IMG/VR virus record: IMGVR_UViG_3300025009_000318
Coordinates: 1-29,435 of that record
Origin: a virus
Lineage: Duplodnaviria > Caudoviricetes
Length of the DNA: 29,435 nt
Strand: one strand, 5' to 3'
Shown piece after piece: positions 9,808 to 18,651 of this stretch. Under the pieces are notes generated by a model that saw nothing but the letters and a program-made list of their open reading frames with translations, did no database searches and was not told where the DNA came from. Every line of letters starts with the position of its first letter. Position 1 is the stretch's first letter. A program made the translations under genes and the position numbers.

Positions 9808-10242
9808 TCACTCTATTTTATCATCATTATCATTATCATATTCATCAATTTTGCGAAATCTCAATCTTTTCGGCATATCCTCAATGTTATTACATTCAGT
9901 TTCAAATAATTTCTTAGACCAATCTTCTGGATCATAATGAAACACATAGTTTTTATCATCTTCAATTTCTTCTCTTGTCTTATTTAACAATTTTTTAATC
10001 TTACCATCTTCAATATTATGATTATGTTTCAAATATATTCCAACTAATTCTAAGTACCTATTAACATACTTTTCATAATTATCATCAAGAAATATCTTCA
10101 CAAACTCTTCTAATAATGATTCGGCATGATTCGTATGTCTAAAATTATCAAGTTTACATTTTTGAATACACTCAATTAATATAGTAATATCCTTATCAGT
10201 AAGAGTCATATCATAATTTGTTACTTTTCGTCCAACTTTCAT
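9808..10242 (-). CDS. Hypothetical protein
   Basis: 144 aa, SD TAGGAGG; no recognisable family. Confidence 0.7.
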   Translation of the reverse strand: MKVGRKVTNYDMTLTDKDITILIECIQKCKLDNFRHTNHAESLLEEFVKIFLDDNYEKYVNRYLELVGIYLKHNHNIEDGKIKKLLNKTREEIEDDKNYVFHYDPEDWSKKLFETECNNIEDMPKRLRFRKIDEYDNDNDDKIE

Positions 10243-10287
10243 TTGATTTTGCCTCCTAATATTTATTTGATTATATTTATTTTATAC

Positions 10288-10317
10288 TTTACAAACCCTA
10301 CCCAATCATGCTATAAT
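10288..10317 (+). promoter_or_regulatory. SigA promoter for the BRO-N gene
   Basis: TTTACA-18 nt-TATAAT with extended -10 (TGcTATAAT). Confidence 0.65.
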
Positions 10318-10511
10318 ACATAAGGATAGAAAGGAGTTGATAATCATCATTCGAGATGGGCCTGAGTAATAGATACATAAGGAGTACAATAGAAAGGAGA
10401 GGGCAAGGTATACCCTACCTTTAAGGAGTGTAAAAATTTTATCACCCTTGTAAGTGACAAATTATACAAATACAAAAATAATTAAATTAAAAGAAAGAAG
10501 GAAATAAAAAC

Positions 10512-11327
10512 ATGACAAACAATCTACAAGTATTTACAAGTGAAAAATTTGGGAAAATGAGAGTTATTAATAAAAATGGAGAACCTTGGTTTGTTGCAAA
10601 TGATGTTTGTTCTATCTTAGATATTGATACAAGTACATCTGTAAATGGAAGATATCGCAAAGACAAAGATGGTAACTCTTATAAAGATGGTGGATTAGAT
10701 GATGATGAAAAGGACACTGACATTGTCAGTACCCATGGAGGAGATCAAGAAATGATCATAATCAGCGAACCTGGATTATATTCACTCATATTAAAAAGTA
10801 GAAAGTCAGAAGCAAAAGAATATAAAAGATGGGTTACTCATATTGTCTTACCTACAATTCGTAAGACAGGAGGATTTATTGCAGATGAAGAAAACTTCAT
10901 TGATACATATTTGCCATTTGCAGATGAACCAACTAAATTACTATTCAAATCAACCCTTGAAATTGTTAATTCTCAGAACAAACTTATTAAACATAAAACC
11001 AATATAATTACTGGTCTAGTAGATGATATTTCTCTAGCTGATAAAAGACAAATTCTCAATAGGGTGGTTATGAAATGTAGTAATTTTAACGATAGGTGGA
11101 AAGAACTTTACAAAAATTATGAGATGAAATTCCATCTTAGTCTTGATTCTAGATTAAACTCTTACAATAAAACTCATACTCCACAACTTAGAAATAAATT
11201 AGAATACATAGAAACAATAGGTAAAATTGATGAATTATTTGCCATTGCATGTAAATTATATGAAAACGAGGTGAATGTATTAGTAAAAGAAATGTATAAA
11301 TTACATGAAGTCGAGTTTGTGCAATAA
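10512..11327 (+). CDS. BRO-N domain antirepressor-like protein
   Basis: FGKMRVINKNGEPWFVANDVC..IISEPGLYSLILKSRKSEAKEYKRWVTHIVLPTIRKTGG is the BRO-N signature; the only credible + strand gene. Confidence 0.9.
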   Translation: MTNNLQVFTSEKFGKMRVINKNGEPWFVANDVCSILDIDTSTSVNGRYRKDKDGNSYKDGGLDDDEKDTDIVSTHGGDQEMIIISEPGLYSLILKSRKSEAKEYKRWVTHIVLPTIRKTGGFIADEENFIDTYLPFADEPTKLLFKSTLEIVNSQNKLIKHKTNIITGLVDDISLADKRQILNRVVMKCSNFNDRWKELYKNYEMKFHLSLDSRLNSYNKTHTPQLRNKLEYIETIGKIDELFAIACKLYENEVNVLVKEMYKLHEVEFVQ

Positions 11328-11351
11328 CTAATAAATAAATATTGTGTTGTT

Positions 11352-11387
11352 ATAGAGACTCTAATCCACTAGAGTCTCTATTCTTTT
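11352..11387 (+). terminator. Intrinsic terminator after the BRO-N gene
   Basis: ATAGAGACTCTA-ATCCAC-TAGAGTCTCTAT followed by TCTTTT. Confidence 0.75.
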
Positions 11388-11568
11388 GATAATTTTATCA
11401 CATAATTTATCATTATAAACCATCTAAAACAAAAACAATTCCGACCCATACAATCATATCAACAATAAATTCTAACTCAACACAGACGATTGTGGTGCGT
11501 GTGATTGGATTGTGGAGTGATTTGAGATGGGATTTTTTTAAATTATTGGAGAAAGTGAGATGGGATAG

Positions 11569-11595
11569 AGGGATTAAGTCGTAATTTTAATCCCT
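11569..11595. terminator. Stem-loop downstream of the recombinase gene
   Basis: AGGGATTAA...TTAATCCCT inverted repeat; weak U tract. Confidence 0.45.
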
Positions 11596-11695
11596 TAGAA
11601 TATTTTTATTTAATAACTTCTCTACTAGTTTCAACAAATTTAACTTTTCTTAACATATCATTCTTTTCTTCTGCAAATGTTCTTAAATCATAAAA

Positions 11696-12745
11696 TTATT
11701 TATCTGCTATCATATCATCAAATTTTTCCTTATCATCTAAATGATTTTTTAGTTTATCTAAACCTTTCCATTTTCTTTCCTTTGCTGTAAGATCGTTGTA
11801 AACCTTATACATCTCAGCAGAACTCCATCCCATAATTTCAATAATGAAATCGCTATCTAAACCCAAACGGGTCAAATGGGTCACAGTATAGTGCCTCAGA
11901 CAATGAAAATAAACTGGTGTCTCTAAAAAAGTTTCCCATTTTTCAATCCAACCTCTAATTGTATGTAATGTTGCAGGTTTTCCGTCTCTTGTAATAAAGA
12001 TAAAATCATGTTCTTGATTATATTTCTTCATTATCTTTTCTCTTTCAATTAACCAATCATTATAATATGGAAGAAATATATCTTTTACTAAATATTTTAT
12101 AAGTTGTTTTCCCTGTTTTGAAAAACCTTTAGTTTTTATTGTTTTCAATGTTTCTAAAAATAATCCATCAAAAGCTGTATTATCCTCACTAATAATAGAT
12201 GTTTTGAATCTAAGTAATTCGCTAACTCTTGCTCCGCTACTAATACCTAATGCTAGTAAACATGCTTCGTTTGGTCTATTAAGTGTATTTTTAAGATGAT
12301 TAAGCAAACTATCAACTTGTTCTTCTGACAATATTGTTTTTTCTCTGACAGGAGCTTTTGCCATTAAATCTACCGCTTTTAGCACAATGTTACGATAATT
12401 TATATATGTTTCATCATAGAATCTCTCAATAAACTCTGATAATGAACTTAAAGCAGAACGTATTCTACTAAATCTATTTGAACTCCAATGTAATTCTTCT
12501 ACTCCATAACCAAAGAAATCTGCAAATTCAATTTTCTTCATATCAGTAAATAATTTATTATCATTTTCCAACAAATTCCATGTGAAGAAAATATTTAAAT
12601 CCGATGTATAGCCAGTTACAGTACCATCGCTCTTGGATGTATTTTTGTATTTAAGAAATTTATCTACTAATTTTACATTTTTAGGATTGAATTGTGCGGT
12701 GAGTTCTGGAGATGTTATTTGTTTTTTAAATGTTTCTCTAGGAAT
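11696..12745 (-). CDS. Tyrosine recombinase within the tail module (SPbeta YomM-like position)
   Basis: Catalytic motifs GARVSEL, HCLRHY, MGWSSAEMYKVY plus N-terminal SAM-like region. The GTG at 12754 sits inside the SD (AAGGAAGTGA), so ATT at 12745 (MPRETFKK) is the likelier start. Confidence 0.88.
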   Translation of the reverse strand: MPRETFKKQITSPELTAQFNPKNVKLVDKFLKYKNTSKSDGTVTGYTSDLNIFFTWNLLENDNKLFTDMKKIEFADFFGYGVEELHWSSNRFSRIRSALSSLSEFIERFYDETYINYRNIVLKAVDLMAKAPVREKTILSEEQVDSLLNHLKNTLNRPNEACLLALGISSGARVSELLRFKTSIISEDNTAFDGLFLETLKTIKTKGFSKQGKQLIKYLVKDIFLPYYNDWLIEREKIMKKYNQEHDFIFITRDGKPATLHTIRGWIEKWETFLETPVYFHCLRHYTVTHLTRLGLDSDFIIEIMGWSSAEMYKVYNDLTAKERKWKGLDKLKNHLDDKEKFDDMIADK

Positions 12746-12781
12746 TGTAATCACTTCCTTTATAATTTATTTATTATTTTG

Positions 12782-13231
12782 TTATATTTTATCTAATTTT
12801 TCTTTCTTCCTCTGCTTTCTACCTTTAAGAATATCCTCATATAAAACGAATCCCCCATCCACCACAGAGTACCCAATCCAAACTAATTCTAAGTCAGGAT
12901 AAACAAAATCAAACATTTTACGCTTTAATTTAGCTGTTGTATCTGGATTCCCCTTAGTATCAACTATTAAAATTCTATCATTCTCAACATATGTAATTTT
13001 AAAGTCTGCTACATACTCTATTTTCCTTACATTAATACCATTCTTAGTAAATTTATTTTGAAGTGTGAATTTTGGTTGTAATTCTATTGATTTTATTACT
13101 CCTTTCTCAATTTGAGGTAGAAGATATTTGTAATAATTAAGTTCTAAAAGTGAATCAAATAATTTTCCATCATATGTACGTTTAGTTTTACCTGCTTTTG
13201 TGGTGTCAACATTGTATTTTGATCTTGCTAT
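12782..13231 (-). CDS. DUF1064-like PD-(D/E)XK nuclease, missed by the ORF track
   Basis: 149 codons: (M)ARSKYNVD..RTYDGKLFDSLLELNYY..IELQPKFTLQ..IEYVADFKITY..IVDTKG...AKLKRKMF. Begins at ATA 6 nt after SD AAGAGG, with an in-frame TGA upstream. Confidence 0.85.
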   Translation of the reverse strand: MARSKYNVDTTKAGKTKRTYDGKLFDSLLELNYYKYLLPQIEKGVIKSIELQPKFTLQNKFTKNGINVRKIEYVADFKITYVENDRILIVDTKGNPDTTAKLKRKMFDFVYPDLELVWIGYSVVDGGFVLYEDILKGRKQRKKEKLDKI

Positions 13232-13257
13232 TATAATCCTCTTCTTTCAATCAAAAC

Positions 13258-13296
13258 AAAAGGCATATACCAATCAACAATCAGCACATACCTTTG
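13258..13296 (-). terminator. Stem-loop terminator
   Basis: AAAGGUAUGUGCUGAU...AUUGGUAUAUGCCUUU then UGUUUU; the G-U pairs work only on the - strand. Confidence 0.6.
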
Positions 13297-13337
13297 AATT
13301 GTTTATATTATATTTTATTTTTTAATTTTACAAAACC

Positions 13338-13457
13338 CTAACAATCTACCAATTCAACCAAAATATCATCAATAATTATGTATCCCTTTTTAATTAAGAA
13401 ATTCCATAACCAATTAATACCCTTTGGTGTTACCTTAGTAGTGGATGACATTTTTGT
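13338..13457 (-). pseudogene. Relic of a KilA-C/ANT C-terminal domain
   Basis: In frame immediately after the TAA of 13458..14135: TKMSSTTKVTPKGINWLWNFLIKKG, containing the TTKVTPKG motif of ANT/KilA-C domains. Confidence 0.6.
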
Positions 13458-14135
13458 TTAATATGTATTAGAGATTATTCCTTTATTGTTTAAATCTGAA
13501 ATAACTCCATAACCAACTAAATGTAATATTATTTCATGAATACCTTCAAGTTCTTTTCCTTCCTTTACTCTAATAACTGGTATTCTATATAAATCTTCCA
13601 TTTCGTTTTTTGATAACCAATCTATACAATATTCAATACGTTCAGCATCTTTTTCATTTTGATATTCATGGTGTTTTTCATCATATTCAACAATCAATGT
13701 GCTTCCTAATTTAAAATCTAATAGATATTTCCCACCATCAATTGAATATTGCCTATCCCATTTTAATCCAGTAATTATATCTAACATATTTCCAAAATCA
13801 ATTTCTTTTCTAATTGGTTCGCGAATGAATACTTCTTTATCATCTAGTTCTAATAAATATTTCAATAATTTTGGAGCATTATTGTTTTTCTTATATCTCC
13901 TACATATATCTTTTGCCATATTTATTGTTACTTCAAAGTCATCTAATTCCTGTTTATTTTGAGGGTGTATAAATTTTATATTAGTATAATCAACCGACTC
14001 TTCAAAACCATATTCACACATTCTAGGAAACCACGATCTAAATGGTGTTCCAACTTCTAAAAATTCATGTAATTCTCTTCCTAAAACCGTTTGATTGTCT
14101 CCATTGTAATTAATTGTTATCAGATTATTCTCCAT
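13458..14135 (-). CDS. AntA/AntB antirepressor domain fused to a Vsr/DUF559-like nuclease domain
   Basis: N-terminal TVLGRELHEFLEVGTPFRSWFPRMCEYGFEESVDY; C-terminal RQYSIDGGKYLLDF...IVEYDEKHH...D.ER. Confidence 0.75.
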   Translation of the reverse strand: MENNLITINYNGDNQTVLGRELHEFLEVGTPFRSWFPRMCEYGFEESVDYTNIKFIHPQNKQELDDFEVTINMAKDICRRYKKNNNAPKLLKYLLELDDKEVFIREPIRKEIDFGNMLDIITGLKWDRQYSIDGGKYLLDFKLGSTLIVEYDEKHHEYQNEKDAERIEYCIDWLSKNEMEDLYRIPVIRVKEGKELEGIHEIILHLVGYGVISDLNNKGIISNTY

Positions 14136-14176
14136 TATTAGTTCCTACTTTCTTCAATTTATTTTTTAATATACAA

Positions 14177-14401
14177 TTATCTTATAACCTTGCGTTGACA
14201 CCATCGCGTAAAAATTTCTGTGGTCTGATCCCACCCGAACATTGCCCATACACGTTTTGTAGTTGAATTAATTCCTATTTGTTTTGGGCAAATTCCATTA
14301 CTAAGATAATAGTTGATTTGCAGGACATTGTATAAATATGTTACTTTTTCTTTTGTTGGGGTTGTTTTTATTTCTAATTTTTCATTTATAGCCTCATTCA
14401 T
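14177..14401 (-). CDS. Small hypothetical phage protein (74 aa)
   Basis: SD AAAGGAGG before ATG 14401 (MNEAINEK); YLYNVLQINYYLSNGI..GINSTTKRVWAMF. Confidence 0.7.
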   Translation of the reverse strand: MNEAINEKLEIKTTPTKEKVTYLYNVLQINYYLSNGICPKQIGINSTTKRVWAMFGWDQTTEIFTRWCQRKVIR

Positions 14402-14448
14402 TTTAGTTCCTCCTTTCAATATATTTGCATCACAACTTTGAGACACAT

Positions 14449-14481
14449 AAAAGGAGCATAATCAATAAAAATATGCTCCTT
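14449..14481 (-). terminator. Intrinsic terminator after the tail collar gene
   Basis: AAGGAGCATA...TATGCTCCTT stem followed by UU on the - strand. Confidence 0.65.
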
Positions 14482-14519
14482 CAATCAATCACAAAATATT
14501 TACCTTGAAATTAAATAAA

Positions 14520-15011
14520 TTAATATTTCAAAATAAATGAAACCGTACAGTAGGGCTGTAAATTATTATGCGCTAAACCACCTCCAACATTAGAAGTTCC
14601 CCACGTTCCGCTACCTGGATCTAATCTCCAATCGTTTGTAAATATATCACTAGTGTCTGTATTCGTATTATTCCATGCTTGAAATGTATGATTATGGGAA
14701 GGCATTTCTGGCGTGGTAAGAATATGTGTCTTTTCGCCGGAACTTTTTCCAAGCGTATCAAATTCTATTTCTGAAGAATTCAAACCGACTGGGACTTTCC
14801 CTTTGAAATTCGGAACATTAAATGTATTACTTCCATTACCTGATCCATATGCGGTTCCAATTACACTAAATAACTCTGAATATATTTCTCTTGATATAGC
14901 AGAACCATCACAAAACATCCAACCCGAAGGTGCTATTAATCCTGCATACATTTGAATTGTTCCAGTAATTCCACTAATATTATGTAAACCTTGTGGTGGG
15001 CATGTTTTCAT
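14520..15011 (-). CDS. Phage tail collar domain protein
   Basis: GTIQMYAG..APSGWMFCDGSAISREIYSELFSVIGTAYG.GNGSNTFNVPNFKGKVPVG..GEKTHILTTPEMPSHNH..HNNLQPY; SD GGAGGTG before ATG 15011. Confidence 0.9.
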   Translation of the reverse strand: MKTCPPQGLHNISGITGTIQMYAGLIAPSGWMFCDGSAISREIYSELFSVIGTAYGSGNGSNTFNVPNFKGKVPVGLNSSEIEFDTLGKSSGEKTHILTTPEMPSHNHTFQAWNNTNTDTSDIFTNDWRLDPGSGTWGTSNVGGGLAHNNLQPYCTVSFILKY

Positions 15012-15013
15012 TT

Positions 15014-15958
15014 TTATGCACCTCCAACCCATTTTATCTGCATTGTTGCATCAACAGATAATTGAAGATTATAAGTTGAATCTTTTAATAAAAGAACATC
15101 AAATGCATACCATTTATTTATATCAAGTGCAACACCGCTATTTAATGTGCTAAGAACACCGTCAACAGCAAGTGATAAAATTCCTGTAGCACTTGCTGAT
15201 ACCATTAAAGTAGATTGTTGATAATTTATAGCTGTATAATTTGCTGTTAATATATTTGTAGATGCTATAACTGCTTTATTAGTTTGATTGTTAATTAGGG
15301 TTCCTATAGTGTATTTTAATATTCCTTTAAGATTAGCATTTATAGATCCTGGTGCATTAGGATCTATAACAGGTGTAGCAGAATTAGTTCCCAATGTAAT
15401 ATTAGCTCCATCTGCTTCCATAATTGGTATGACTCCTACACCTTGGGTATAATGATTTAATAAAAATTCAGTTTGAGCTACAGCACCATTTACAAAAATA
15501 AATCTAATATATTGTTTAGTTGGTGTTGTCCAAGGCATTAATGCTGATATTGTTGCACTACAACTTAACGTTGCAAGCGTTGTCCATCCAACATCTGGAG
15601 TAGCAGGATTATAGGTATCAGCTTGTTGTAAGGTTAATAATCCCGTAGAACTTGATTTTACATAAATACGAATCATTCCATCAGGAACAGGTTGCCGAGG
15701 TCTGTCAATGACAGGTGATGTATAAGTTGCATTAGCAAGTAGTAAATGAGTTGGATCTAAATTTGAATCTCTCATTACCATTGCTATATCACCATGAGTC
15801 ATTGTTGCACCAATGAGATTATTTCCAGATGGGATAGGATCTGTGATAGAAGTTTGAGTTAGAAGGATTCCATTATCATCTGTTTTTATGAAGCGTGTTT
15901 CGTTGTTTATAATTGAGGTTCCGAGTATTTGTTCCATGTTGCCGGATTGGTTTGCCAT
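15014..15958 (-). CDS. Beta-rich virion-associated protein
   Basis: Rich in Thr/Ala/Asn, translationally coupled to the collar gene; likely start ATG 15958 (MANQSG) after AAAGGAAGTG. Confidence 0.6.
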   Translation of the reverse strand: MANQSGNMEQILGTSIINNETRFIKTDDNGILLTQTSITDPIPSGNNLIGATMTHGDIAMVMRDSNLDPTHLLLANATYTSPVIDRPRQPVPDGMIRIYVKSSSTGLLTLQQADTYNPATPDVGWTTLATLSCSATISALMPWTTPTKQYIRFIFVNGAVAQTEFLLNHYTQGVGVIPIMEADGANITLGTNSATPVIDPNAPGSINANLKGILKYTIGTLINNQTNKAVIASTNILTANYTAINYQQSTLMVSASATGILSLAVDGVLSTLNSGVALDINKWYAFDVLLLKDSTYNLQLSVDATMQIKWVGGA

Positions 15959-16017
15959 TGTTTGGAGCACTTCCTTTCTTTATTGGGAATTGTTTTAGAG
16001 AATGGAGGAAATAGTAA

Positions 16018-16067
16018 AAAAATAAGAGGAAGAAGACAATTTGAATGTCTGTCTTCCTCTTATTTTT
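16018..16067. terminator. Strong bidirectional terminator after the endonuclease gene
   Basis: AAAAATAAGAGGAAGA...TCTTCCTCTTATTTTT inverted repeat. Confidence 0.8.
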
Positions 16068-16100
16068 GTGTTAATTATGAACTTAGCTATTGCTCATAAT

Positions 16101-17732
16101 TTATGCTGGTTGTTGTTTATTATATTTTTCTAGGATTTGTTTTGCTAGGAGTTGGTGTTCTGGAGTATTGTCGTTTATTTTATTGTCTGCTATTCTATTT
16201 AGTAGTAAAATATCTTCATTACTTACTTCATTTATATTATTCATAAAATATGTTAGTTGCATATTTCTGAACCCACCACCATACTTATGCATGACAGTAA
16301 TAACTCTACTTAAATCCCTGCATAATATACACTTATCTTTTAATTTCTGAATTTCAGGTCTATTTAATAACTTATTATATTTATCATGTAATAATCCAAA
16401 ATACTCAAATATCTTATCTTCGTCCCAATATTTATTTGTTTTAAATTCCATAGGCATTCCTATTTTCTTAGAAAATTTACCATAATTACCATATCTTTTT
16501 ACAATTTCTCTCATCAGTCTATTATTTGCTTTTTCAACAACTTTCACCGTTGGCAAGTATTCATCATTAGTTGAATAGGACATAATTTTATCTATTAATT
16601 CTTGTTCATCTATTAAAGTGTATGGAATTATTTTTTCAACATCTATATTTTTATGTATACATTCGATTTTATCGCTAAATAATTCATAAAGGGCAGTTTG
16701 TATTTCTTCATACTTCTTATTATCAAAGAACTCAGGATATATGGATATTAGATTATGTTTATGCTTATCATATAATTTTATTTTAATGTCATGCGTTTCA
16801 TTATAATTGTGGAATTGATCTTTAGATTTACTTCTATAACCTCCCCAAATCTCTACCCACAACTTAGTATCATTTTGCAAAGATAGAACGAAGTCACAAT
16901 TATAATTTCCATCTTCTTTTGGATTATCTGATATCAAAACATTTCTATCTACTTTAACATATGAATTGTTTAAAATCCACTGGCTGAAAATATATTCGTA
17001 GGAAGAAGAATTGTAGTATCCAGAATCATCGATCAAATCACCTTCGTCAACATAGTTTAACTTTCTCTTTATATCATAAATTCCACCATGATAATTAATA
17101 TATTGTTGACCTATGCCCAATTCCTTTGTAATTTCTACTATAGTTGGAAATCTATTAAATTTGTTTATTAAAATTCTAATTTGAGTCTCAAATTTATTCC
17201 AGTCATCTAAATAATGTGGAGTTAATTTATCACATATCTCAAATATATTATATCCCATCTCTTCAGCTAATGATGTTGGGGTTTCTTTGTTACGTAATAT
17301 TTCTTTGTATAAATATTTATTATTTTTCCTCATATTAGTTATAGTTCCAAATTTCTCTATGTAATTCTTTAATCCTTTTAATCTGTTTTCTTTAAAAGTA
17401 TAGTATCTCCTATCTGATATAGTTAATAACCCATTATCATTTTTATATTTTAATTTATCATATTCTTTCTCATATCTGTGTTTGTAACATGTATCAGAAG
17501 GAAATTTTTCACGCTCTTTATTGTATTTATAATATTGCTTTGGAAGTATTGTTTCTATCCCTTCTTTTAGACAATAATCACATAAACATTCTACTATCAT
17601 ATTAGAACCATTATACAAATCATCTATTTTTATATGTATAATATCTCCAGATGAACAACTATGTCCTAGTTTATTATAATAAAATTTGTTTCTATTTGTT
17701 ATTTCTACACTAACTTCTTTGGTTATTAACAT
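16101..17732 (-). CDS. Free-standing homing-endonuclease-like protein (Cys-containing N-terminus, helical repeats, PD-(D/E)XK domain)
   Basis: MLITKEV..YYNKLG..IKIDDL..GSNMIVECLCDYC; core SSYEYIFSQWI..YNCDFVL..WVEIWGG..Y......K..LY; SD GGAAGGAG before ATG 17732. Confidence 0.75.
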   Translation of the reverse strand: MLITKEVSVEITNRNKFYYNKLGHSCSSGDIIHIKIDDLYNGSNMIVECLCDYCLKEGIETILPKQYYKYNKEREKFPSDTCYKHRYEKEYDKLKYKNDNGLLTISDRRYYTFKENRLKGLKNYIEKFGTITNMRKNNKYLYKEILRNKETPTSLAEEMGYNIFEICDKLTPHYLDDWNKFETQIRILINKFNRFPTIVEITKELGIGQQYINYHGGIYDIKRKLNYVDEGDLIDDSGYYNSSSYEYIFSQWILNNSYVKVDRNVLISDNPKEDGNYNCDFVLSLQNDTKLWVEIWGGYRSKSKDQFHNYNETHDIKIKLYDKHKHNLISIYPEFFDNKKYEEIQTALYELFSDKIECIHKNIDVEKIIPYTLIDEQELIDKIMSYSTNDEYLPTVKVVEKANNRLMREIVKRYGNYGKFSKKIGMPMEFKTNKYWDEDKIFEYFGLLHDKYNKLLNRPEIQKLKDKCILCRDLSRVITVMHKYGGGFRNMQLTYFMNNINEVSNEDILLLNRIADNKINDNTPEHQLLAKQILEKYNKQQPA

Positions 17733-17741
17733 TTTATCATT

Positions 17742-17842
17742 CTCCTTCCGAATCAGAGACATGGGAAAGAAGACTATATTTCGGATAATATAGTCTTCTT
17801 AATTACTCTTATAAACTCGCGCAAATTTATAAAAAACCATAT
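17742..17842 (-). promoter_or_regulatory. Structured leader RNA, copy B
   Basis: Enclosing stem AUAUGG/CCAUGU; hairpin UUAUAAAUU-UGCGCG-AGUUUAUAA; 14-bp hairpin at 17767-17800 with loop AUCCGA complementary to UUCGGA (17747-17752), which overlaps the SD. Confidence 0.65.
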
Positions 17843-17861
17843 GTAATTATTTATTGCTCAA

Positions 17862-18635
17862 CTAAGATAAAGGAATTCTAAGCAATTTACCAACAACAGT
17901 GGTCGTAGCTGGTTTAATAACCTTTAATTTTAAATTCTGTGTTGCAGCATTTTTCTCAGATGATGTATTAATTTGGAAAGATCCATTAGGAATAGCATTT
18001 GTAAACTGATATTGCAATTCAAATGGATTAGATTCGTTTTCATCTGTTTCAAAAGTAGAAAGAACTAATGTAACACCATGAGAGAATTTATTACTTTCCA
18101 TTGTAAGTGTTTGAGTAGTAGCAGGAGTAGCATATTTATATGTTCTTACTTCATATAAATCACCAACCGCAACACCAGCAGAGTTAATTGTTACAACTTT
18201 TGCTGCAATAGTATAATTTGTAGTTACCGCAATAATAGCACCATCTTCATCATAAATAGACAATCCACTAGCGGATGCTAAAGGTTCTTTTTCAAGAGTA
18301 AAACCCAAAGCAGTTCCAGCTCCTGTGCCATCTAAATCAACCACTTCATACCATTTTGGCATAGCATACCCAACACCTGCCCCAGTAGCAATAGATGTTC
18401 CAAACTGTTTAGCAATCCATTCAGGTTTCCACTCAATATCTGTTAAATCTACACTAATATCACGTTGTACATGGAGTGTAGCTTGTAAGGCATTTCCTTT
18501 ACCTGCTCTAATTTCGACTTCAGAAACAGCTATATCAATATTTGCACTTTGTAATGTAGTTGTTCCAGCAACACTACCATCCACATTATCCACCATAATG
18601 GCATCAAAAACGTCACAAACTAGTTTTTTTGACAT
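17862..18635 (-). CDS. Major tail (tube) protein
   Basis: 257 aa, beta-rich, EVEIRAGKGN..LH..RDISVDLTD pattern, position after the head-tail joining genes, SD AAGGAGG. Confidence 0.75.
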   Translation of the reverse strand: MSKKLVCDVFDAIMVDNVDGSVAGTTTLQSANIDIAVSEVEIRAGKGNALQATLHVQRDISVDLTDIEWKPEWIAKQFGTSIATGAGVGYAMPKWYEVVDLDGTGAGTALGFTLEKEPLASASGLSIYDEDGAIIAVTTNYTIAAKVVTINSAGVAVGDLYEVRTYKYATPATTQTLTMESNKFSHGVTLVLSTFETDENESNPFELQYQFTNAIPNGSFQINTSSEKNAATQNLKLKVIKPATTTVVGKLLRIPLS

Positions 18636-18651
18636 TGTATAATTCCTCCTT

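Noticed and set aside
9698-9811. N-terminal 38 codons of the 122-aa ORF
   Set aside because: They span the consensus promoter at 9734-9762; SD-supported starts lie downstream.
5101-10421. TACCCTACCTT at 5101 and 10411, and TAGGGAGTTG at 5119 and 6231, as att or target-site duplications
   Set aside because: Only 10-11 nt, embedded in hairpin arms, and not bracketing a coherent element.
11610-11695. Short open frame FYDLRTFAEEKNDMLRKVKFVETSREVIK after the recombinase
   Set aside because: No SD or convincing start; too short to support as a gene.
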